Assembly: GCA_040382515.1 (NCBI GenBank)
Contig: JBEIFH010000003.1
Location: 6,965 to 70,964, forward strand
Reading direction: 5' to 3'
Length of the DNA stretch: 64,000 nt
Source of the DNA: Chlamydiia bacterium
Lineage (GTDB): Bacteria; Chlamydiota; Chlamydiia; Chlamydiales; RGXB01
The translations under genes were made by a program, and so were the position numbers. The notes under the pieces are model-generated. The model searched no databases. It worked only from the letters and a program-made list of their open reading frames with translations, and was not told the DNA's origin. Below, piece after piece: positions 9,691 to 18,264 of this stretch. The stretch's first letter is position 1; every line of letters starts with the position of its first letter.

Positions 9691-10245
9691 TCAATTTACG
9701 TCCAACTTCTTCTTAAGAACAGTTACACATTCCTTAAATTCTTTGGCTTCCCGATCTCCTCCAAAATGTCCCCTATCTGAGAATTCATAGTATTCTGTTT
9801 TCAAGTGTTCAGAGACATATCTTGCTTCTGCGATTGGAATCCATGGGTCGTCGGTAGAGGCGAATTGAATAATCCATTCCTGATTTTTTCGAATCGATTC
9901 CCAGTCCCAAGGAGCATCGAAATAGCCACTTAATTTTTCATTTTCAATCCCCAAATCACTATGATAAGCACCTACCAAGACAGAACCTAAAATTCGGTTT
10001 TCTTCAGCAAATTTCATTGCAGCAATTGCACCTGAAGAATGGCCTATTATGATAGTTTTTTCATCAGCTTTGAGAGTGTCTTTTAGGAATGGAATCCAAT
10101 AAGAAGCTCGAGCTAAATCTGCATCTGGAAATTGGGGTGCCTCAGTTTGAATCCCAATTTTTTCTAGCTCTCTTTTGAGATAAGGAAGCCAGTTGTCTGT
10201 CGGCTTAGCTCCTCCATTCCCGTGAATTAAAATTGCTCTGATCAA
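9691..10245 (-). CDS. alpha/beta-fold serine hydrolase (YdeN/RBBP9-like)
   Basis: 184 aa. It has ILIHGNGG near the N-terminus, the nucleophile elbow GHSSGA, and late D/H residues (SDRGHFG). Size and layout fit the small YdeN/RBBP9 hydrolases. Confidence 0.65.
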   Translation of the reverse strand: MIRAILIHGNGGAKPTDNWLPYLKRELEKIGIQTEAPQFPDADLARASYWIPFLKDTLKADEKTIIIGHSSGAIAAMKFAEENRILGSVLVGAYHSDLGIENEKLSGYFDAPWDWESIRKNQEWIIQFASTDDPWIPIAEARYVSEHLKTEYYEFSDRGHFGGDREAKEFKECVTVLKKKLDVN

Positions 10246-10428
10246 TTTTGCGCTCCTGATCTCTAATGAAAGGGTTAGTGATTTATATTTTTCCCTTTCG
10301 ATGGTTTTTTCTTAGTTCTTTCAACATCAATTCCACATAGGCTAATCCCAGGAGTTATTTCAGTTCCTTAAAGAGAACAACGTAGATTGGTTGACTATAG
10401 TATATATCCTGTCCTCTCAAAATGTTCT

Positions 10429-10737
10429 CTATTTTTGTGATTGGATAGAGTTATCGGATCTCGATAGCAGGTCATTGCTGATTTTTGCAAAGGTGTTTTG
10501 GATTTCTTCTATTGTATCTTGCTTGCTGTTATCGACATCATAAGCCAAGGCTTGCTGTTTTGCAATCCAACCTGACCGTAAAGGTTCTAGGATGGGGTGA
10601 TTTGAGACGAATGGAATGATTTGAGAGCAGAATAATTCAACAAGGGCATCCCTTGAAGGAGTTTTGGTTACCTCTTCCTCAAAGCGAATTAGCATATCTG
10701 TTATACTAACGGCAGGATAATTTAAAACTGCAGCCAT
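10429..10737 (-). CDS. small hypothetical protein. Its 5' end is duplicated at 16503-16606.
   Basis: 102-aa ORF. The first ~27 codons plus the upstream DNA lie inside the 315-bp direct repeat. Confidence 0.4.
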   Translation of the reverse strand: MAAVLNYPAVSITDMLIRFEEEVTKTPSRDALVELFCSQIIPFVSNHPILEPLRSGWIAKQQALAYDVDNSKQDTIEEIQNTFAKISNDLLSRSDNSIQSQK

Positions 10738-10970
10738 TTTGTTGCTTCTTTTTTACATCCTCATTTTCTCTTCAGTTGAAATTATTACTCATGAAATCTT
10801 CTCCCCAAATACTTCATTTTCAATTTGTTTCAAAAAGTTGATTGAAAAAAAGTGTTGGAGTTCTATTTTCAGGCAGTCAAAAGCCAAACGCCTTAAGTCT
10901 GTATGCTATGAGGGGGATGAAAAAGGATGGAGTTGGAGAGACGCATTCAGAACTTTTGATTGGTCTAAAG
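10656..10970. repeat. direct repeat, left copy (right copy at 16524-16838)
   Basis: About 315 bp align base for base with only scattered mismatches (aaggagttttggttacc...cttttgattggt.taaa). Confidence 0.9.
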
Positions 10971-11174
10971 TGGCTTCAAAAATACCTGGTTTTATAGAGA
11001 AGGGGCAGGCTGGACCGCGTGTTCAACGGTCTCTTTGTAAATAATGTGTTGCTCTAAACAAATAACTTTGCATGAGTAAACAGGATTGAGTCGCCAGTTA
11101 TTTACTTCACGTTGAAGGTTTTCTAGCAGCTCAACAGTCCCTACATAGTTAAGGGAAAAATTTTTCGGTGATAT

Positions 11175-12557
11175 TTAGGGTTGTTTTTGGAGAATTATTA
11201 AAATGATCTCTTTAAAAAGATCAAAATCCAAATCTGGACTATGGGGTAATTTTTCGTAGATATAGGGGAGTGCTTTTTCTAGAATCTCTTTATCCGAGAT
11301 AAAATCGAGACTCTTGAAAAATTCTATAGACAACTGGTTAAAAGCTCCCCCCATAGCTTCCACAAAATGAGCTTGAATTTGGATCCAAACATCCTGACTG
11401 ATAGCGTCTTTGTTATTTTTTTTGAGTTTCTGGTTTAAGGAAACTAAAAAGGGCGTAGAATCTTGTTTAGCAAGGGTAAGTTGTGTCTTCAAAGCAGCCT
11501 TTAAACCCTCTACCTCTTTAAAAAAAGGTTGGGCATAAAGGGCAAATAGAAAGTGCTTTGTCCGACTCTGTGTAGTTGTAATTTTTCCCACCTGTAAACA
11601 TGTAGGAGCCGTTAGATTTAACTCTTTTCTCCAGACTGGTTCCCACCCTTTCGGATCTAAATCATTTATGACATACTTTTGCGTCTTAAACAGAAGTTTT
11701 TTTAGCTCTTTGCCTTGTTCAAACGACTCATCGTTACTAGATTCAACATCTAAACAAGCGCTCATGCTAAACTTTAAAAGGCCCTGCATAAGATCCCATT
11801 CTTCCTTTGTGATTATTGGTTTTCCATCCTGTTCCAAAATTTGATTAGCGGAACTTATAAACTCTTGAAAGTTTTCGTTCGCTCTCTGAAATCCGTCTTG
11901 TAATTCTGTAAATGTGGAGGTGATCTGCTCCTTATAAGGTTTGTAACCCTCAGAAAACATGAAAACTCTTATGATTTTAGGTATAACATGAAAGCAGATA
12001 TCGTGAATTATATCTGGGGGTTGAGAGATAATTATATCTTTAGTAAGCATAAGGTTTAAAAAATCTTCAGGTGGAAGAATTTCAGAGACCTCAATCAGGC
12101 TAAGTTGAGGAAAAAGGGGGTTTATTTTACTGTATTCGTCAAGTCTAGCTCTTAAAACCTCCGTTTTGGGGAAGTACAGGGTTTTTGAGTCTGTATCTAT
12201 TCGGATCCCCAGGCTTTCTAAAAAAGAGACTGCTTCAGGACCTTTTTCCTCTATCAGCCCTTTCAAAGAGGCAAAATTGCGTTGTCCAACTGGAAATTGC
12301 TCTAAATTCAGGTGTAAGATCTCTTTATCATCCAAACGTTGGCAGAAAACAAAGTGATCCCCCTTGTCCTCAAGTCTATAGGCCGATATAAAAGGCTTTT
12401 CTTTACTGACCCTTTTTGGATCTATTGGTGTAGCCCCTGGATCCTGCCGAATTACCGCACTTGCGATTTGGTCTACTTGCTGGGTTCTGTCATCCGTTTC
12501 TGCTGGACCTTGTCCCAGTTGCTCGCGCAGTTTATCTGGGCCTGTGCCTGGAATCAT
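11175..12557 (-). CDS. hypothetical protein, intact member of a local paralogue family (family A)
   Basis: 460 aa. It shares FPQLSLIEVSEILPPEDFL..D.IIS.PPDIIHDICFHVIP..F...E.Y.PYK with the ORFs at 13790-14476 and 15050-15658. Its C-terminal half parallels 12757-13701. Confidence 0.7.
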   Translation of the reverse strand: MIPGTGPDKLREQLGQGPAETDDRTQQVDQIASAVIRQDPGATPIDPKRVSKEKPFISAYRLEDKGDHFVFCQRLDDKEILHLNLEQFPVGQRNFASLKGLIEEKGPEAVSFLESLGIRIDTDSKTLYFPKTEVLRARLDEYSKINPLFPQLSLIEVSEILPPEDFLNLMLTKDIIISQPPDIIHDICFHVIPKIIRVFMFSEGYKPYKEQITSTFTELQDGFQRANENFQEFISSANQILEQDGKPIITKEEWDLMQGLLKFSMSACLDVESSNDESFEQGKELKKLLFKTQKYVINDLDPKGWEPVWRKELNLTAPTCLQVGKITTTQSRTKHFLFALYAQPFFKEVEGLKAALKTQLTLAKQDSTPFLVSLNQKLKKNNKDAISQDVWIQIQAHFVEAMGGAFNQLSIEFFKSLDFISDKEILEKALPYIYEKLPHSPDLDFDLFKEIILIILQKQP

Positions 12558-12756
12558 ATAAACCCCCTATTTTCAAAAAGGGGGTTTATTTTCAAGTAAA
12601 ATTGAGGTGAAAAGCTTGTTTTTGGTAGGGGGGATTTTGCAGACCCTTCGCATGGGCTACAATTAAAAAAGATAGTTTGCTAGACAAGAATCTCAACCAT
12701 TTAGGAAGGTCTTTTTATAAAGATCGAGATATCGCTTTCTTTTAAAATCTAAAATG

Positions 12757-14476
12757 CTACATGCCACCTTGGAATTCTACCGGAATCTTAGCTCTCGAAA
12801 AAATTGCACAAAGAGTATCAATTACGATATCGCGCTCTTCCTCTAATCCGGATTGTTCAGCGCCATCGTATACCAACTCTATCAACCTTTGACTCAGATT
12901 TTTATCATTGTCAGGTTTATAATCAGGATTTGTAAAATCCTGAATAAGTTGGTCTGTGAGCTGCGACGCTGCATTTTTAATCGAAGATTTAAAGTAGGGT
13001 TCCATATTTTTCCAAGAATCTGGGGAAAGTTGGATTTGAGTATCAAAATCCGAAAGAGTATTATTTAAATTTTCAAGAAAATCGTCGGAGTTTTGTTCAG
13101 CTTCTTGAAATTGCTGAAGGAGTTTAGTCTCATAATCGGCAACTTTTTGAAAAATAGGATCAGCTTCAGACTTAACAGGGATTTCAGCTTTTTCAAAAAT
13201 TCCACAAAGGGTTTGTCGTAGTTTGGGATAATCGACAGGGATTTTAAGCTTGGATGCCTCATCCATCAAAAGATGAAGGAGTAATTCCCCCACTTCATCA
13301 TTCAGATCAAGTTTTTCACCTAAGTAAAGTAAAGCAGGTAAACGGTCTAGAGCGAGCACTAAAGTTCGCTCAAAAAAATTTGAATCCAATTGGGGACTGG
13401 AGTCAGTTTGTCTTTGGAGTTTTGTTCTTAATTGCTCAGCTAGGTCAAATATGTGAGGTGCCCAAAGGGCTAAAAGAAGGGTCTCAGCCCGCTTAGAGTC
13501 TGCAATCTTTTCAAGCTGATTAAATTTTTGAGAGGAGAGGTTCAAAGCTTTTTTCCAAGCTTGTTTCCAGGCTGGGTTTCCAGATCCCTTGATTACTGAA
13601 AGCTGAAGGTCAAACAAAACCCAATTATGGTCTTTTTTAAGAATTAATTTATCAATCCCAGCTGTTAAAACATCCAAACAACCACTCAAGCTATATGCCA
13701 AAAGATCCTGTATGCTACTCCATTCCTCTCTGTCTATCGGCTTTTCGCCCCTTTTTGTTAAAATTTGATTGATAGGTTCTATAAAACTTCTAAAGTTTTT
13801 TTTTTGCTTTTTCTAATTCGGCCTCAACACGACTTATGCTGGAAATGATCTTTTCCCTAAAGGGCGTATAAGCTTCTAGATTCTCAAAAATGGTCAGAAG
13901 CAGAGGAATTATATGGAAGCCTACATCATGAATTAATTCAGGAGGATCCGAAAAAATTACGTCATTCTCGAGCAAAATTTTCAAGAACTCAGCAGGTGCT
14001 ACTATTTCAGTGACCTGTAACAAGCTCAACTGGGGAAAAGAGGGAGATTGTTTCCTGTATTCGTTCAATTTTGTTTCAAGCGTATTTTTTTTAGGAAAAT
14101 GAAGAGTACTGGTTTTGGGATCAATAAAAATGCCAAAATTTTTCAAAAACTTGGCTTTTTGACTACCAGGTACTCCCAAAAGTTTACTGATTTCTTTGAA
14201 ATTTCGTTGAAGAGCCGGAAACTGCCTATCGTTAAGTTCATTAAGCTGATCATCGGTCATCGTCTGGGTGCACCTATAGGAATCTCCAAGATCCTCAAAA
14301 TTCCAGGCCGATTGAAAGGTCTCTTCTACCTTGACCCTGTTTGGATCTAGGGCGGGCGAAACTGAAACAATATCTGCAAGAACAGTCGCTGCCACTTTGC
14401 CTAACTTAGATGTTGTCTTCGGACTTTCCTGACGAGAATCTCCGGGGAAGAGTGGGGGATCTGGGCCAATTAACAT
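12757..14476 (-). pseudogene. family A paralogue split into two ORFs by a 1-nt frameshift in an A10 tract
   Basis: ORF 13790-14476 ends ...EKAKKKL*. The next frame continues NFRSFIEPINQILTKRGEKPIDREEWSSIQDLLAYSLSGCLDV, which matches ANENFQEFISSANQILEQDGKPIITKEEWDLMQGLLKFSMSACLDV of the intact paralogue. The shift lies in T10/A10 at 13796-13805. Confidence 0.75.
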
Positions 14477-14702
14477 ACTAATCCTGAATTCTCATAAAAA
14501 AGGGTAAATTTCAATGAAATATTCAGGGTGAGTTTAAAAGGTCGATTTTTTTGGTGCTTCTAGATCGATACAACACCACATGTAGGTGATCCCCGTTCTT
14601 CTTTAGTAGGTTTTTTTGAATATTCTGTAAATAATTTTACAAATAAGGCCGTAACATATGATTTGATTGAAGAAAAAGCTGGTTTTGGATAATGGGGGGG
14701 AT

Positions 14703-15658
14703 ATGAGCGAACCTATCCAATACAAACCTGGCGACTTCAGTAGTGCACCGAATCCCCACTCGACAAAAGAGGATGGGCAATCGACAAAAGTTGCCGAAGT
14801 TGCTCTGGGCGTTCTGGGATCCCCCCCCCTCAACTTTCTCTTCCTCTTGACCCCGAGAAGGTAGAGTTAGCTGTTTCAAAACCTTTTCAATGGCATTGGA
14901 ATTATATAAAGCAGGGTGATTATCTAAAATGGGATAGAAAAGTAGCTTCTTATATTATTGAATGGGCAAATGAAGAACAATTTCCAGTATTACAACCTTC
15001 TTCTATAAAAAAAATAAAGGATCTATTTGGCTACCATATTACAGGATCGATGGAAGGATTCATAGAAAACAGGACACGTTTTCTAAATGAGATCGGATTT
15101 TCCTTAGATTCTGGTGAATTCATGACCCCAACAAGAGAACAGTTTGTAATCAACTATAATAGGTATCAAGAGAAAAATCCACATTTCCCAAAACTTGTAT
15201 TTAAAATGGCGGGTGGAGTATTAGAACCGGCTGAATTTGTTTCGTCTGTTCTAGAGTCAGATTTGATCCTATCTAAAGGTCAAGAATGGATTCATGATTG
15301 TACTTATCACACTATTCCGACATTGATAGGTATTTTTCAAGCCCCTGAATGTTATCGACCTTATAAAAATAGTTTAAGAAAAACGGTGAGTACAGTCTTA
15401 GAGTTTTTAAAAAATCAACCGAGTGAAATTCTAAAAAGACTTAACGCACGCCTAACAACACCCATCGAGGAGTCCGACATAATCGATATAATAGCAACTC
15501 TAAAATACATGGTGGGGGCTGCACTTGACGTATTGACTGGTCAAATGTTTGACTACAAGAAAATAATAGAAAAAGGCGATCAAAAGGGGGGTGTCAACTA
15601 TAAATTTTTAAATCTCTTTTGGGTGCACTGTATGATAAACGTTGGAGATCAAATCTAG
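14703..15658 (+). pseudogene. family A paralogue, frameshifted in a C9 tract and truncated at the 3' end
   Basis: MSEPIQYKPGD...STKVAEVALGVLGSPP runs into C9 (14821-14829). The +1 frame continues QLSLPLDPEKVELAVSKPFQ... without a stop into ORF 15050-15658. The C-terminal half of the family is missing. Confidence 0.65.
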
Positions 15659-16091
15659 AGAGCTCCGTACGCTTCTCGAAAAGCAATTTTTTAGAATCCT
15701 TTTCAGATAATAGACGTTGGATAGAGATTGTCAGCGCAATTTTTACTGAGACAGGATTAGGTAATCAATCTATTGAGTAGTGTCCTTTTTAGAAAAATTG
15801 ATAGAAATCGAGAGAGAGCAGGGCGTCAATTATGGATGATCCTTGGCGTGCATGATAAGCGATTGCAAAAAAAGGCTCCTTTTTTCCACTCAAGAGCAGA
15901 TAATGGATCATATTTTCCTTACCGCAAAAGGAAATAAATTGTTCATGATTTGGTTTTTGTATGGTCTTATCCATGTGTTTGCCTGATTTATTTCCGTCTG
16001 GGTTTTTCTATTAAAATGCGCTCTTTGCAGGCTTTCGGCTTTAGAAAAGCTTCCCCTTCAACAGAAGATCCTGGGATATAAGGGGCTGTGC

Positions 16092-16202
16092 GGTTCGTAA
16101 TGGTCGCTCTGCTTGTTTTTAGAAAGTAGGCCTCTAGACTCTCCTCGCAATGCGATAAACCTAAATAGATCTCCTCCTGGAGCCTGCGATATAAATTGTC
16201 GC
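16092..16202. repeat. dispersed repeat, copy 2 (see 7902-8016)
   Basis: Same ~110-bp sequence as 7902-8016, with a few substitutions. Confidence 0.75.
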
Positions 16203-16523
16203 ATATTCTGGTGAAAAAGTTAGCGTAATGGCTGGATTGAAGCAGAAATCTCCCCTCAAACCTGGATTTTTTGGAAAAAGATCTAATCGATTGTTGCCCA
16301 ATTAACTCTTAGCGGGGGGTGGCGTAAGATCTTTGTGAATTTTTATGAAGAGTTTGACCGGGTTAATTTTTTTGTTTGGAGGGAGTTCTTCTAAAAAAGC
16401 TAACTTAGTGGTATAGAGGGCTTTTAAGTTAGTATCAGTATCGTCAAGGTGGATTTTGGATACTAGATCTTGGAGAAGGTACTCCAATAAATCGATATTA
16501 TTACTTGAAAGGGCCTCTTCTAT

Positions 16524-16838
16524 AAGGAGTTTTGGTTACCTCGTCCTCAAAGCGAATTAGCATATCTGTTATACTAACGGCAGGATAATTTAAAACTGCA
16601 GCCATTTTGTTGCTTCTTTTTTACATCCTCATTATCACTTCAGTTGCAATTATTACTCATGAAATCTTCTCCCCAAATACTTCATTTCCAATTTGTTTCA
16701 AAAAGTTGATTGAAAAAAGGTGTTGGAGTTCTATTTTCAGGCAGTCAAAAGCCAAACGCCTTAAGTCTGTATGCTATGAGGGGGATGAAAAAAGATGGAG
16801 TTGGAGAGATGCATTCAGAACTTTTGATTGGTTTAAAA
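16524..16838. repeat. direct repeat, right copy (left copy at 10656-10970)
   Basis: It carries a truncated copy of the small gene start on the minus strand (MAAVLNYPAVSITDMLIRFEDEVTKTPYRRGPFK*). Confidence 0.9.
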
Positions 16839-17070
16839 TGCAGGAGAAGTTTCAGCCTCTTATCTATTTGGTCTCCTAGTTAAGGCATTTCACAACATGG
16901 CAACCCCAATCTATCAAGTAATTTCTTATTCTAGTATGGAATCAAAGGCAAATGGTATCATTCTTGCTGAAAAAACCATTTTTTCAGTGTCTTAAGCACT
17001 TTTTTAAAGATAATTTTTTAACTAAGCAGCTATTCCTGAAAAATGGGGATGGTTCAGGGAGATTTGATTT

Positions 17071-17478
17071 ATGAGTATGCCATTAAAAGCGGGAGCGGTT
17101 ACTGTTGCCCATGCTAATTCAGATAAGAATAATCAGATTTTCATGGCAGCAGAAGCGATATGGGGAATAAAATCTGACAAACTTCCTCTAGCAAAGTTCG
17201 ATGAATTAAAGACTGTTTTGATGGGTCATCTTACAAGACAATATGGACCCTATAAAGTTGAGGGTAAGCCCCTTGGTTCGGGAAATGTTTTTATGATTTA
17301 CATGGATCCAGAAGTTCTAGAGACCTCCTACAAAAAAAGCCCATGCTCACTGGATACATGCATGGTCACAAACGCAGCTTTTAAATGTGCTAGATGCCAG
17401 GAAGCCATGTATTGTTCAAAAGAACATCAGAGACAGGATTGGCCAAGACATAAAGTTGAATGTATTTCAAAGAAATAG
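17071..17478 (+). CDS. small protein with a C-terminal MYND-type zinc finger
   Basis: CSLDTCMVTNAAFKCARCQEAMYCSKEHQRQDWPRHKVEC fits the MYND pattern (C..C...C..C....YCS.ECQ..DW..HK.EC), with His in place of one Cys. Confidence 0.75.
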   Translation: MSMPLKAGAVTVAHANSDKNNQIFMAAEAIWGIKSDKLPLAKFDELKTVLMGHLTRQYGPYKVEGKPLGSGNVFMIYMDPEVLETSYKKSPCSLDTCMVTNAAFKCARCQEAMYCSKEHQRQDWPRHKVECISKK

Positions 17479-17643
17479 TCACTACCCAGAAAATAGGAAT
17501 GCGCCTCTTATAGTGATAGGGTCAGGCCTTACACTTCCAATTTGGCAAGTATTTGTTCCTTTTTGAATAATGAGGGTCCTGCCTGCAATTTGTTATGGGT
17601 AATAAAAAAGCCTTTCAGAGTAATTCTGAAAGGCTTTGTGGTT

Positions 17644-18030
17644 TGGAGGCGGAGAGAATCGAACTCTCGTGCTCAATAGCTTCACCCCAAATGACTACAT
17701 GCTTAGCTCAAGTTGTAATTTTACGCTTTATTTTTGCCGGCGGAACCTGAGCAACCTAAAACAAAAAAAAGCGACCCTGTGCATCTTGAACACCACCCAC
17801 AGGATGAAACTGTGGTGTCCGTACCAAGATTATAACGATCTCATCTTAAATCCTTGGTCCAACCTAAGGAGATCGGCTACTTACTACTGTTAGGTATTAA
17901 GCGGCGAGAAGCATTTCTGCATCTTCACGTTTTGCAGTTATCTGCTGTGCCGGAATGATTAAAGAGGCCAACCGACGTCCTCTGCATGCCACCTGAACCT
18001 CGACTACCAAGTCGAAACCAGTACGCCCCC
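17644..18030 (-). ncRNA. ssrA: tmRNA (transfer-messenger RNA)
   Basis: On the minus strand the 5' end is GGGGGCGTACTGGTTTCGAC and the 3' end is GAGAGTTCGATTCTCTCCGCCTCCA. The acceptor stem GGGGGCG/CGCCTCC has G3:U, and the T-arm is GAGAG-TTCGATT-CTCTC. An internal ORF ends ...GAAATGCTTCTCGCCGCTTAA (EMLLAA*). CCA is not encoded. Confidence 0.88.
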
Positions 18031-18264
18031 ACTCATTACTATAACAAAAAAGACCTTAAATGTCGAGGTAGCTTTTGAGCCCTTCCCTAGCTAAAAACTT
18101 TAGGGGTGGCAAATTCAGGAGCCTTAGGGGGTCATTTTTTGCAGCAAGGGCGGGCTTAAGAGGAAAGGGGGGTGATTGGACGGGGGGGATTCAGGGAGAA
18201 ATCTTGGATTGAGCTAATATCTTGCTTTTGGGCATAATACCCTAATATTACTTGAAGAAGGCCT

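Noticed and set aside
10739-11044. 101-aa ORF and its near-identical 90-aa twin at 16607-16879 (MLLLFYILI...)
   Set aside because: The similarity arises only because both lie in the 315-bp direct repeat. They are antisense and upstream relative to the small minus-strand gene, and have odd composition, no RBS and no motif.
15789-16487. Two ~61-aa minus-strand ORFs (15789-15974 and 16302-16487) in the tail of the family A block
   Set aside because: They are short, have no signals or motifs, and sit in a region full of decayed gene fragments. They are probably relics or chance ORFs.
17636-17893. 85-aa plus-strand ORF
   Set aside because: It lies entirely within the minus-strand tmRNA gene, so the RNA explains the sequence.
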